DNA of 61,270 nucleotides from Craspedostauros australis (taxonomy: Eukaryota), in NCBI GenBank assembly GCA_030167865.1, contig JALAGF010004571.1, forward strand, positions 1 to 61,270. The letters are read 5' to 3'. The notes beneath the pieces are model-generated. The model was not told the origin of the DNA, searched no databases, and saw only the letters and a list, made by a program, of their open reading frames with translations. Both the position numbers and the translations under genes were made by a program. Positions 33,434 through 45,350 of this stretch are shown one piece after another; within the stretch, counting starts at the first letter, position 1; every line of letters starts with the position of its first letter.

Positions 33434-36245
33434 TTATTCGCCCTTGAGCTTGGATGCCACAGCAGAGTTTTCCGGAATCTGCCGGATCGAATCTTCGCTG
33501 CTTGGACGTGTATCCAACGATGATGAGGAGAATTTGCGGAGCTCGGAGAGGCTCTTGCGTGACAAGGTTGGCTTTTTGGAAGGTTTCTTGCTTGGCGACG
33601 ACATGGAGAACGAGCTGAAGGACGAGGACAGGCGCTTATGCGCGCGGTCGACACGTCCGGACAGGGAGTTCCACTCGCGTCGGGACACCAGCGAGATTTG
33701 CAATCCTGCCGAGATGAACATGAGGCAGGAGATTGCTGCGTACGCCACTTGCAGCCTGCGTGAATACATGTGTGTGTGCGTGTGTGTACGTGCATGTTGG
33801 TACATGAGTTAGTATTGGATGGGAAGGATGGACAGAGTGAGATTGGGTTAGTGCGTGGTCGTTTGAAGTGCTTGTGCCATAGTATCACAAAGCAGATGTG
33901 CAGCACAAGTCAGGCACGCATCAGCAGCAGCAGTGGTATTGAGGATAAAGAGTGCGACGGAGTGAACTTACGACACGAAGTTGGTGGAGACGACTCCTAC
34001 GGAGACCGCGAGGTTGACGATGATGGTTGGAAGGGTCATCATGGAAGCACGCGAGTCGGATGGGATGTAGAGCGATCGGATGACGCCTTCGAGTGGCATG
34101 TACACACCCACGATGAGCTCGTAGAGCACGAAGGCGCCTAGCGCAATGGAGAAGGATGATGCACCCGACATGTCCACGACGCTTGGGACCATGAGGAGCC
34201 CACCGCAGAGAAGGTAGCAGAAGGCAGCGAGGAATTCGACGTCCATTGGACGGACCTCGCCTTCGCCATCGATGGTGATGGTCTTGGGTGTTCCTGACAG
34301 GTGCTGCGCGGATGAGTTCTTAGCGAGCGGACTGATGAGCATGGTGACGCCCTTGCGGATGAAGGGACTGACGAGGCCACCAACGACACCGGCGGCCATG
34401 AAGGAACCGAAGATGAGTCCGAACGCAGGAAGGCCCTGGTTGTCAAGTCCCATGGTGGCACCGACAGTGTATGCGGCCATCTTGCGGAGGATGGGCGACC
34501 ATAGAAAGACGAAGATCTGGAGCGATCCCATGGTCAAGCCCTGGATGACACCCACGCGGAGGAGACGGGAGTCAGATTTGTACTCGTTGGCCGCGTCGAT
34601 GAGGTATCTTGAGACGCTCTTCATCTGATCCACCGACTGGTTGGTGCTGCCGTAGTTCTCTGACCAGAGGAAGAAGACCACGATGAGAGCCATGGCCGTG
34701 CAAGAGACAGCGCCTTCGAACGGACCGACGTTGCCGAAGCGTTCCGCGAGGACGTGTGCGAGGTATCCGGATGCGATGGCCGCCAGGTTGCTGACCACGA
34801 CAGAATCCCTCATGATGGTCTCGTACTGATCCTTGTCGAAGCCGCGTCTTCTGTACTCCGTGTCCAGCCATGCCTCGAAGACGGAGTGCAGCATGTTGGT
34901 TGTGATTCCGCCCACCATGCGGCTGACGATGAGTCCGGAGAGGAAGGGGAACTGCTCGAGGAGGTTGATGCCAATCTCCAGCGCGCAGTAGAGGATGGCC
35001 GCCTTCTTGCGACCGAACTTGTCCACCAGCGGACCCGAGATGGGTGCTGTGACAGCTCCTGTGAGGAAGCCCAGGCAGTAGAGCGATGCGACTGAGAAGC
35101 CGTATCCTTCGTAGAGCACGTACAGGTGCGTGCCTGTGTTGCGTTGTGTGTTTGTGCATGCGTTTGTATGGGATGAGGACGTAGGATGTTGGAGGCGTGT
35201 TGAGACGATACGGTTTTGTGATGTTTTGGGAGCATGGACACCACGGAGAAGGGAGCAGACAGCGAAGCGGAAAGGACATGCCGAGAGAACATGGAACGAG
35301 AAACGCGGGAGAGGAACCGTATTTGCAAAGCAGACAATGAGAACGGTCTGTGTGAGCGAAGTTGTCTGGGATCGATTGACTGTGTGTGAATGAAGAGGTC
35401 GCGCAGGCTGTGCACATTGCGCAGGTTGTGCAGGTTGCGCAAGTCGGCTGGTTGAAGTGTTATCATCGGGCGATCGTGGATGCGGTGTTTCTCAAAGAGG
35501 CTCCAAGAGCGGCCTCTCGAGGCGTCCTTGCCTGCTTGGCTTGTTGCCCCCCTCGCTGATGAAGTCCACCTGCACTTCACTTCACTTGCGCTTCACTTGA
35601 ACTTGGATTTGCTTGGCTTGGGACATCACTCTTTGGCTGGGGCTTGCTTGGATTGCCGCGAAGTGAACTCCGACTTGTGACTTGGCTTCGCAAAGGGTCT
35701 GGCGTTCCCAAGACACCGCACTGACCACCATCGGAATGAAATCGCACAAGAGGGATTCCAAGTTTTCGCGCCCAAGCCAAACATGTGCACGTATCCAAGT
35801 CAACAACAGACTGACACGTCACGTGATGGCTGTGCAGCTTGATCGCTGGCGCTGATACCGCGCTTGCCTGTGATGCACTTGGATTGGCTTCGTGCCTGTG
35901 CTTCGTCCATCAATCCATGCATAAGCGTTGTGTTGTCGTACCTTGAAGACCGTCCGCCAGCATGATCACCAGAGTGACGAGGAGGTAGTTGACCCGAAAG
36001 GCCATGAAGGCCGCTTTCGATGGCTTTTCCATGAGATCCACATCGCCGTCAGCGTCGCTCTCGGAGATGGAGGAGGAACCGTTCGAAGACATCTCCGTTG
36101 GCGTTATCCCCGAGTCGGTCTCGTCCATCGTGGGCAGGTCCTCCGACTGTTGCTGCTGCTGCTCTTTCTTGTCCAGAGTCGTCTGCAACGGACGACGCGC
36201 AGTGCTGTCGTCCATGGTGCAGTTGGAATCCAGTGATGCTCCCAT
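33434..36245 (-). CDS. MFS molybdate-anion transporter family (MOT2/MFSD5-like); exons 36245-35942, 35133-33972, 33755-33434
   Basis: Spliced product reads YLLVTLVIMLADGLQG|THLYVLYEGYG...GPLVDKFGRKK...SVFEAW...IFVFLWSP...YELIVGVYMP...RASMM, with multiple TM segments and GT-AG junctions in consistent phase. Confidence 0.9.
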
Positions 36246-36365
36246 CGCGTCTTGTTATTTGTATTGAGTATGGTACAGCGGAGAGTGCTGAGAGTACTGT
36301 TTTTGCAGAGATGTGGGCTTTCTTGTGAGCCGATTTATTGTGAGACTGTTGTGAGACTGTTGGCT

Positions 36366-36436
36366 TGATCTGAGCTGATCTGAGCTGAACTGGGTTGGAC
36401 TGAGCTGAGTTGAGCCGAGTTGGGGTGAACTGGGTT
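36366..36436. repeat. Degenerate pentamer repeat (TGANC/TGRRY) upstream of the MOT2-like gene
   Basis: tgatc tgagc tgatc tgagc tgaac tgggt tggac tgagc tgagt tgagc cgagt tgggg tgaac tgggt. Confidence 0.7.
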
Positions 36437-38623
36437 GCGTTCGGGCGAAGTTGTGGCAATCACGACAGCGAAGGCCTTTCGATGGAATAGACAGGTAGCA
36501 GCATTAATGTGTGTGCGAAGAGAGCCGATGCGACAATGCTGCACCTGGTATTGTTGTTGTTGTCGTCGGTGTGAATGATGTGAGTGGAATCACTCTCGCC
36601 TCTCCGGAAAGGGTTGTAGTCGTTCAATGATCCGCTCTCTCCCCTCTCTTCGTTGTCCTTCGCTGGTACCTGTCTTCTTGTGTTTCGTCTTGCTTGATCT
36701 CCCGCCGGGACACTCGCGCAAATCATCCACCATCACAAAATAGCACAGGCACCACGATAGTATTCGACACACACGGGCCTCTCTGTGTTTTTTGCCCCTG
36801 CTATTTTTGGTCTTGTTTGCTTATCACGTCGCCTGTCGCATGAAACCACGCAAAGAGTCACAATAGCAATACCAGTACTAACGCCCAACCTCGCGCTCAC
36901 GCTCAAACAACGCGCCACCGTCCAGGCATCACACCAACGATCGCACAAACATTCACGACACACACACACAAGACACACCCAACGAACATCGAACCTACAG
37001 TCGTCAACGGACAAGACCTAGTGCGCTAGCACGCCACGCGCTGCGCATTCACGCCAGCCGCACCCGACTCTATTGTCGTTGGCCACGAAATTTTGCGTTC
37101 GAGCTGGCCTGTCCTATGTCCACGTGTTCAACAGCTTTTCAAATCATCGACCGTTAAGAAACAATTTAACTCCGCAATTTTGTCGTGCCGCACAAGGCGA
37201 AGACACACGACGATTTCCACGTTCTCCTTTTCGGTGTCACTTAACGCTGGGTCACGCCGACGACACACGAAGAACGATGCAAGAGTCGGAACGCGAAAAC
37301 CCCACGTGCTGTTGCCATCATTACACATAAGTGTTCCAGTGAAGAGCACGCTCAATCCAGCTTACAGACCTCAACCTCTTCTTCCGCCATCATGCACCAG
37401 CCAACCAAAAAAGGGCACAACCACGCACAGCCAAATTACTCCGACAAAAATCGCGCCCGAAAAAAGGTCTTGTGAGGCGCCATCAGTGTCCCCGTTGGCG
37501 ATCGCCTGGCGCACCCCAGCCTCTTCAAAAGACTCACTCGCGCGCCGGCAGTCCTATCCCACACGCTTCTCTGTTTTGACTCCCACCAGCGTTGTCGCCT
37601 CTTTCCGCTCGCTTCGGTGCACGCTGTGCGGAGAAAGGCACACAGCGAAAGCAGCGGATTCTGATCGGCGTTTCCACCAGCCATGAGTCCGTGTGATCGA
37701 GCAAACATCAGTGTGAGCGGAAAGCGGAGTAAGAGAGGGCTACATCAGTACCTGACTTTGTTGGCGCCACAAAATGAGATCATGGAAATGTCCAATCGAA
37801 TGCCGATGATCGGCGATTTCGCGAACCGCATCGGTCGCGTGAGCAGACGCTTCTTTCGGGGTGGGCGTTGTTCGTCTTGCTGTTTGGCACGATCGCCGAG
37901 ATCGGAAGAAAGAGAGGTGGCGCATCGTCCTTGCCACGTGATGGAGTACACGCACGAGCGCGAGCGCGAGTGCGAGTGATGTGAGATTTTCTACTTTGTG
38001 GAAGTGTTCGTTGTGCACCGTACTCGTGGCTTGCAGTTGTTCGAGGGGAATTATCAGTCCACTGCTCAGTGCATAACGCGCCGTTGTATTCCATGCCATG
38101 CATCGCAAATGATCCTGTCTCGATGGAGGTTGCTCTTCCTTCGCTGGGATCGGCGAAGTTTCGTTGGCGCAGCAGAGCTCGTAAGTATAATACGATTGTT
38201 GGCAGTTTGGGCCTTGTTCCGTATCCTCCACCGACTTTGCTTCTTGGTTGTTGTTGGTCTTGTGGGGGGTCGATGATGGCGAGTGATACTCGATCTTCTC
38301 TTGGCGATATGTCACACAAGCTGTGACATGGGTGGATCCATCGTCGACGGTGATGCTGTACTCGCATGCAGCATTGCAGATGTTCTTTCGTTGATACGAT
38401 GGCACGCAACTGGTGATCCATGCAGTGTGTGCTCGTTTCTCTTGTTTAGAGACAGTTATCGTGCATCAGGACTGAATCGCTGCGCGAATCTGTGTTCTTT
38501 GTTCCTTGATGCGAGATCAAGTTGGGCAACTGTTCATTCAAGGGCAATGTGAACGATGTGCGGTATGGCACTCCTCGTCAGCGTTCACGTTCATGCTCAC
38601 GCCAGCTCCAACACCACGACAAT

Positions 38624-39370
38624 CTATTTTGCCCACAACCCTGGCAACTGCTCCCGAAGTCGCTGACGATCCTCCGATACCGATCCCACCAACACGGCAT
38701 CGAACTTTTCCAGATCCGCACTCGCAAAGTTATCGCCGTCCGTCGTTGCCGCTGACCGAATGAAGACCGAACGAAAGCCCAACTTCTGACCAGCCACGAG
38801 ATTCTTGAAGGAATCTTCGAAGTAGCAGATGCGCGAGACTGGCACCGATGCATGCTCTGCCAGCACCTTCTCGAACGCCGCGATCTCCGGCTTGCACACC
38901 TTGTTCTGCAGGAAGTCCGTGCCGTAGACGCAATCGAAGAGATCGGCGACGCCCAGCAACTGCAGGATCTCGTTGGCCGACGACTCCGGGGCATTCGTGA
39001 AGATGACCTTGCGCTGTGGCATGGATTGCAGGACTTCGCGCAGCACGGGATCCTTGGCGAAGAAGTTGGAGGCGCCGCGACGGATGAAGGTATCGTAATG
39101 GATGGGATCAAAGTCGTATCCTTCCGCCATCAGACCGCGCTTCGTGAGGTTGTACTTGGCAAAGATGGGCTCCCAGACCTTCCGAGCCGTCGCGACGCTG
39201 TCGATGGCATCGAACTTGCCACCCTCCGTCTTCGCCATGAAGCGAAAGATGTTGTCGTGCACATGCTGCGTGTATCCATTGTCGCGATCGTACAAGGTGC
39301 CATCGAGGTCGAAGATCAGCAGTTCGATTGGTTCTGTTGCAGATGCTGCCTCTTTGAATTGTGATGTCAT
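38624..39370 (-). CDS. HAD-superfamily pyrimidine 5'-nucleotidase (SDT1/PHM8-like)
   Basis: Motif I LIFDLDGTLY, motif II IFTNA, motif III CKP and motif IV YFEDSFKNL..G..LG. Confidence 0.9.
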   Translation of the reverse strand: MTSQFKEAASATEPIELLIFDLDGTLYDRDNGYTQHVHDNIFRFMAKTEGGKFDAIDSVATARKVWEPIFAKYNLTKRGLMAEGYDFDPIHYDTFIRRGASNFFAKDPVLREVLQSMPQRKVIFTNAPESSANEILQLLGVADLFDCVYGTDFLQNKVCKPEIAAFEKVLAEHASVPVSRICYFEDSFKNLVAGQKLGFRSVFIRSAATTDGDNFASADLEKFDAVLVGSVSEDRQRLREQLPGLWAK

Positions 39371-40491
39371 GGCAGAATGAGATGGAAGGAATGATGATGA
39401 TGGTGATGATGGTGATGATCAGTCTTTGCGTGTGCTACTGCTGTTGTTGCTGCTGTTGTTGCAGCTGCTGTTGCCGACGAAGATGGAGGAGGATGCCAGT
39501 GCACTTGAGCCAAACGCAACAGCGTGAATGTTGGTCCACTCGTACCCGTGTTGGTACGGAGACGATGGCAGATGGAGGCGGTTGGGATCGTGCAAAGGCA
39601 GAGTCGTCAGTTGAGCAGGGGTTCGGATCACCGGATGTGCGCGTTTGTGTGTGATGGTGGAATGGGAGAAGTACGACCGTGGCACTGCTTGGGTGCTGCT
39701 TTCGTCACACGTCGGTGATGTGTGGATTTTGCATCGACAGAGTGGGAGGATACTGGTGTGGCCCTGGATCTTGGTTTCTTCCTTCATGGTCGTCTCCTGG
39801 ACGGTTCCCAATGTCGTTTCCGCGTCCCTTTCCGCGTCCCTTTCCGCATGAACGTGCAGCTCCAACCATGTAACACGTGCTTCCGATGTCCGGGATGGAT
39901 CTTGGTGGGAGTTGACCGCACGTTGTCGCGAAACAAGTGAGGCCAACGAATGAGCGTGTCCACGTGTTGCGCGCTTCCGTTCATCGCGATGACGTCAGAT
40001 GTCCTTTTCCATGCGCTTCTTTCTTGTTCGCATGGCGTATTGGCTAAATTCGTTTCGAAGTCTATCTTTGGGCAAACATGTTCGCGGATAGATGGACAGA
40101 CTGCGGACTTCAAGATTTGGCGCCATTCCAGGTGGAGGTTGGGGTGCTTCGTTGATGTGGTGATGGGATTTCGTCGTTTGTTCCCCTCATGTCGTTTGGT
40201 TCGTCCTTTCCATGATGATGTGAAGAGAAGAGGATTGGAACCAGATCGGGAGCCCAATCAACACAAACACAAGTGGAGACAACTTCAGCGTGACGCTGAC
40301 ATCAACGCAAACAGTTGAAACAGTTGAAATAGTTGAAACATCGGAAGAGTCAGAAGCATCGGAGACATCATACAATCAGCACCATTACCACCTGGCAGGC
40401 ATTTGAGAGGAGACAGGAAGGAAGCAGGTACCTCATTCTTCAGAGAAGCAGAATGGACAGAACGAACAGAACGAACAGACAGACGCCCACA

Positions 40492-41847
40492 ATGCCCACT
40501 ATGATGCCAACAACCACAGCCACAGCCACAGCCATGTCCGCAACCATGTCCACAACCATGATGAGCGCATTGACGATCATGCTGATGATCGGATGCTCAC
40601 AATTCGGAATCGCGGAGGCCGGCGAGCGATCCAACCCCGTGGGAGACTCCTTCGTGGTGCGACAGGGCCGACGCATGCTGAACCTGGGATCCACGTTCGG
40701 CTCTGCCCGCACGCACGCGGAGACCCCGTACGATCGCATCCTGGGCCACCCGGTGTTCCAGGTCACCACGCCCTGGGGCTCCTCCTACATGACCAACGAG
40801 CGCATCACGGAGAGGTTTTCGGGAGACGAGCGAGCGGCCGAGAGGAACAGCGACAGGAAGGCGCAGACGGCCAAGGGCAAGGGCCAGTCCAGCCGCAGCA
40901 AAGAGTTCCGCACCATCTCGGTCTACTTCATGGATCCCGAAGATGCGCTGGCCCATCACGCTGATCTCAAGCAGCTCGATCAGATGAAGGAGACCGACAT
41001 CCGCATCACCTCCACGTCCCTGGGCAAGGCTGTCCGACAGGCCGCCAACCTCAACAACGGCCTCGTCACGGGCGCCGGCATCGACGGTTCCACGGGCAAC
41101 GTCCTGCCCACCGAGGAGGGAGGCACCCTGCGCTACAAGATTCTGCCGCCCAAGAGGCAGCTCTACTACGCCGCACGGTGCATCGGCAAGGAGCGCGTGG
41201 GACTCTTCGGCTCGTCGCCCGCGGAGGATGCCCAGGCCGCCGTCTACGGCAACGCCGCCATTGAGGGAAAGAACCTGGCACGCCGTCAGATCCAGCGCAA
41301 TCCAGGCGGCGGCCGTTCGCGCAGCATCAACAAGGAGGACGCCTCGCCCAAGACGCAGATGCAAATCGAGAATGCTCACATGGATGGTCATGTCGGCATC
41401 CCCGTCTTTTACGCGCGCGGCATGCAACGCCAGCATTCCAAGATCAAGCAGCTCGTGCGCGGTGGTTCTCGTTCGGAGATTCCCCTCTTCTTCAACTACG
41501 AGGATCTGCAGAAGGCGTGGGGCGAGATGCAGGCCCGCGACGCCAAACTTCCAGCCGACCCCCAGGTCGAGGTCTTCAATCTATGGGACGTCCTCACCAG
41601 CATGGACAAGGACGAGTGGAGGCAGCGTGGCACGGTCGTCACCAACACGCCCATCGATCGCGTCAAGGGTAGCATCACCACGTCATTACGGAACAACCTC
41701 ATCACGCCCGTCAAGAGACGATTTGGAAAGCCGGAGCCAGCGGGCTTGCAGGATGTCGTCTTCGTCCCGCCCAGCAACTGCATCGACTTCAAGCAAGAGC
41801 TCACTCGTCGCGGCAACGGCAAGGCCAGGCTTCGTCCCATGCGTTAG
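40492..41847 (+). CDS. Tic22-like protein with N-terminal signal peptide (start may be 40558)
   Basis: Signal-like MMSALTIMLMIGCSQFGIAEA followed by Tic22-type blocks PVFQVTTPWGS, VYFMDPEDA, ITSTSLGKA, GIPVF, IPLFFNYEDLQKAW and VEVFNL. Confidence 0.75.
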   Translation: MPTMMPTTTATATAMSATMSTTMMSALTIMLMIGCSQFGIAEAGERSNPVGDSFVVRQGRRMLNLGSTFGSARTHAETPYDRILGHPVFQVTTPWGSSYMTNERITERFSGDERAAERNSDRKAQTAKGKGQSSRSKEFRTISVYFMDPEDALAHHADLKQLDQMKETDIRITSTSLGKAVRQAANLNNGLVTGAGIDGSTGNVLPTEEGGTLRYKILPPKRQLYYAARCIGKERVGLFGSSPAEDAQAAVYGNAAIEGKNLARRQIQRNPGGGRSRSINKEDASPKTQMQIENAHMDGHVGIPVFYARGMQRQHSKIKQLVRGGSRSEIPLFFNYEDLQKAWGEMQARDAKLPADPQVEVFNLWDVLTSMDKDEWRQRGTVVTNTPIDRVKGSITTSLRNNLITPVKRRFGKPEPAGLQDVVFVPPSNCIDFKQELTRRGNGKARLRPMR

Positions 41848-42093
41848 AGCAGAGCAGAGCAGATTGGAGTGGTGTGATAGGGTGTGGTGCGGCACATTCG
41901 ATGTCGACAGTCGGACAGACAGACGTCACCAAAGGCAGAACCGTACCATCAACAATAGTCTCGCAAAACAACAGTGCTCTCCGAGCTATTCGGCATGGAA
42001 TAAATAGTAGCTAGCATGCGCAAATACAAGCGCTTCGAGGGTACTCTGCCGTGTTTGCGAGCCGCAGCCTCGAAGTTTGCATTATTCTCAAGA

Positions 42094-43383
42094 TTATGGA
42101 TACTCCAACCTTATCCTCGTTGGCAGTATCGCTTCATTCAGGGCTTGACGGATACGTTCGTCTCCCATCGTTTGGCTCTCCAACTTGACGTACATGCTGC
42201 CGTGAAGCCGGCGTTTCTTTACTCCCATCAGAGACACCCGGACGATTGCACCATCATTGCCGTCCTCTTCACTCGTGGCGTCGCCATGTCCTGCACTGTC
42301 CCTGTCCGGATCGACGATAGGGGTCTGCTTCCATTCCGAAACATCGTGACAGTGCAGCTCGGTGCATTTGGGGCCATAGTCGTCCTCCCATTCCGCGATC
42401 TGTCGTTGGACCCGCTCATCTTCGCCGTCACCTGTTGACTTGCCAGCAGTTCCATCGTCGCTTCCATCGACAATGCTGATGCCATCTGGCAGAATGCCAG
42501 TGATGTAGTCCTGTGACACACCGCGTGGTCCCTTCTCATCCCACGTATTGAACAGGAGCACCGATCGTTCTTCCCAATCTTCCTCCTCCTCCTCATCGTC
42601 ATCGTCATCGTCATCTTCATCGTCTGATGCCCCAAGCGCTAAGACGCTGTTGGCTTCATTGCGTTCCGTGCGTCTCAACAACTTCTCGGCAGCCGCACCC
42701 ATCAACCAACGATCGTTCGGCTTGGGAACTGCATGCATGGCGCTGCCTGGGAACCGCAGCACGCGTCCTTGCACCGCTGGCACTGTCACCAACGTCACCG
42801 TCGTCTCCTCGTCGCCATTGTCATCATCAGCATTGGTATTCTCTGCCGATGACCATCCACCGTACCGATCGAATACGCACGTCGGTCCCCGCACATCATC
42901 CTCTACATCCATGTACAGCACGTGTCCCCATTCCGGATACCGCAACGTCTCATCTTCCTCCAGCTCCTGCTCGTCGATATCTGCGTGCGCATCCATGTTG
43001 AGGTACTCGTTGCGGGACCAGTACTCCACGATGGGGTACGGATCGCCCACCGACGTCAGGTACGAGTCCATCGCATGCTCCATGGGCGTCCACTGCTTCC
43101 GGTTGGCGGTGCGGTCGAAGATGGAGGATCCGTCTTGCCCGCGCTGCGCGTGGTCGAATGCCAGCTCGTCCAAATCGACGCAGGCATCCTGGGAGAATAC
43201 GTTGTCTGTGACAGTTATGTCAAATGCTCGTTTGGATGCTGCGAGTGGCGTTTCACAGGTTCGGACTCCGTGCGTTGCGATAGGAACGGTCCAGCAGAAG
43301 GTCCTTGGGATGCTCAAGAAGCAAAGCAGCAGCGGGAAGAGCACCATGCCGCCAGGTGTCCCAGCAGGGTTGATGGATGCCAT
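42094..43383 (-). CDS. 2-oxoglutarate/Fe(II)-dependent dioxygenase-like protein with signal peptide
   Basis: EYW...AHAD (HxD), HVLY, GPT.VF, GRVLRFPGSAMHAV (distal His) and RSVLLFNTW (2OG-binding Arg), plus a hydrophobic N-terminus. Confidence 0.78.
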   Translation of the reverse strand: MASINPAGTPGGMVLFPLLLCFLSIPRTFCWTVPIATHGVRTCETPLAASKRAFDITVTDNVFSQDACVDLDELAFDHAQRGQDGSSIFDRTANRKQWTPMEHAMDSYLTSVGDPYPIVEYWSRNEYLNMDAHADIDEQELEEDETLRYPEWGHVLYMDVEDDVRGPTCVFDRYGGWSSAENTNADDDNGDEETTVTLVTVPAVQGRVLRFPGSAMHAVPKPNDRWLMGAAAEKLLRRTERNEANSVLALGASDDEDDDDDDDEEEEEDWEERSVLLFNTWDEKGPRGVSQDYITGILPDGISIVDGSDDGTAGKSTGDGEDERVQRQIAEWEDDYGPKCTELHCHDVSEWKQTPIVDPDRDSAGHGDATSEEDGNDGAIVRVSLMGVKKRRLHGSMYVKLESQTMGDERIRQALNEAILPTRIRLEYP

Positions 43384-43987
43384 TCCTTTGTTGGTATGAG
43401 CACTGTTGTCGAATCCAGTGGAGCAGGGTGGAGTCGAGCAGGGGGAGAGGAGGGTTGTATGGCACTAGTAGAGGTATATTGGAGAGTATGAGAGTGTCGG
43501 TCGAGTTGGAGTGCGCCTCTCTCGATGGTGCCTCTCTTGGGTGATGTGGAACAACTGTGTTGGCTTTGTTCGCTTTGTTCGATTTGTGGTCGGTGGATTT
43601 TGTGTTGGCGATTTCGTTTGATTGGCGCCAAGGCAAATCGTGACTCGAAAGTGGATGATGTCTCGGGATTGAAGTGGAGGAAGATGACGTCATCGTCTCC
43701 AACCAAAGAGAACGATGACAAGTGATGACGAAGGTCTGCAGACGTTGTTGTTGGTCTTGTTCAACTTGGCCACATTTCTTCACGCTTGGCTTTGCAGGTT
43801 CAAAACCAACACGATCCTGCGATTCGTTACTTTCCAAGAGTGGGGAATGCCAATTGAGAGGACGTCTGGACCACACGTTTCCACGGTCGGTTTGCGGATG
43901 TTCGGAGTCGACACGATTCTCCATCTCATTACTTTCCAATAGTCTGCGCGTACTCTTTGTGAACTGAATCGAATTTGAAGTCCAACG

Positions 43988-44947
43988 ATGACTTCGAAGG
44001 CCTTCTTCAAGAAGCACGTCGAATTGCTCCGCCGATTCTCGCATGGCAATCGGCATGTGGAGGTTTGGGAGACGTCGTGCATCGTCACCAACTTCCACAC
44101 ACGCGCGAGGCAACGACTCCTCATCAACCCCGCCAATCCAGAGCTGTCCGGAGTGCGCAACTTCCCCTACTTCCCCAAGGGCGGACCGGTGCCCGAACGC
44201 AACGTCGAAACAATGCACAAGGATTGGCAGCCGCTGGGCCACGTCAGCAGCTGGGGCAGCATGGATACATCGCGCGGCATCCTCTTTCCCATCAGCGTCG
44301 TGGATGGACTCGTGCATCAGCTGGGAGGTTGGAGGTTGCGCGTGGAATGCGATTGGGTGTCCTGGAAGTTGCCCGCGTGCCCAGTGGGCACCTCGGTCCT
44401 CACATCGCCGGGCGGAGCCGACTTGCGCCAGTACTACGATGGTATCATTCATACTGCCACGCCATTCGCAGATCGTGATCACAACGCCACGTCGGAAGAT
44501 CCGGAGGCCCTGCTTCGAAGTTGCTATCGGGATTCGTTGCGCCTTGCTCAGAATCATGTGAATGCCAATGTGCCTTCGTCAGCTGGTCTTCCTAACAAAC
44601 GAAGAGAGCGAATGATAGATGCTGAATCGGCAGCGGCAGCGCGACAGGCTGGGGTTGTCATCGCCTGCCCGTTGCTGGGAGCAGGGGCCAAGGGCTTCAC
44701 TGAAACGACTGCCATGCAAGTTGCCGTTGAGGAATCCATGGACTGGATGCTGGCTTCTTCGGACCGCAATGCAAACAGTGGCCTCTCAAGTCACCCATCA
44801 AGTGAAATGCCAGGAGATGTGACAGTGGCTTTCGGATTGCTTGATGGAGGTTGGGCGCAAGAAATGGTCACCTGCATGGATGAACGGATTGGACAATCGA
44901 CTGAAAGCAGCATGGACCTTGATGGCGATGTTGCATTCAGCTGTTGA
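43988..44947 (+). CDS. Macrodomain (ADP-ribose-binding/hydrolase-like) protein
   Basis: LINPANPEL ... VDGLVHQLGG..LR.EC ... CPVGTSVLT ... IIHTATP ... LLRSCYRDSL ... IACPLLGAGAKGF, matching the MacroD-type motif order. Confidence 0.85.
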   Translation: MTSKAFFKKHVELLRRFSHGNRHVEVWETSCIVTNFHTRARQRLLINPANPELSGVRNFPYFPKGGPVPERNVETMHKDWQPLGHVSSWGSMDTSRGILFPISVVDGLVHQLGGWRLRVECDWVSWKLPACPVGTSVLTSPGGADLRQYYDGIIHTATPFADRDHNATSEDPEALLRSCYRDSLRLAQNHVNANVPSSAGLPNKRRERMIDAESAAAARQAGVVIACPLLGAGAKGFTETTAMQVAVEESMDWMLASSDRNANSGLSSHPSSEMPGDVTVAFGLLDGGWAQEMVTCMDERIGQSTESSMDLDGDVAFSC

Positions 44948-45350
44948 TCATTCATTCATTCATTCATTCAATGCTTACTGTGTACGCAGCGGCAACGGAT
45001 GCTCTGCTGGAATGCACTCGGTTGTCCTCTTTCTTCTATTCGTTCATGATGGAATGTAATACGATGTCATCCAATGCAATGGAATGCAATGCCATGTAAC
45101 GTGGCGTTGGTTGCATGGTTCGGCGTTATGGTTGATACGAGGATGGTACGGCTGTGTCTGTGCCTGCAACTGTGACCGCTCATTAACAAACATACACAGC
45201 ATGCATACACAGCATACGTGTGATACGCGTCCACATGTCCGCAAGGATTCGAAGTGGAACTATTGCACTATTCAGCTAGGACCAACCAATGCGGTGCTCT
45301 GCGATACTCTCTAGAGCAGAGATCTCTACCTACGGCAACATGATGCTGTT

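Noticed and set aside
36460-38600. Several 90-220 aa ORFs between the MOT2-like and HAD genes
   Set aside because: They overlap on both strands with low-information composition and no family signal. This is likely promoter/UTR sequence.
10452-43383. Apparent cluster of plastid-targeted genes
   Set aside because: They are spread over more than 30 kb among unrelated genes, and plastid-targeted genes are common in diatoms.
43253-44557. 434-aa minus-strand ORF
   Set aside because: It is antisense to the macrodomain gene and intergenic DNA, with no domain-like content.
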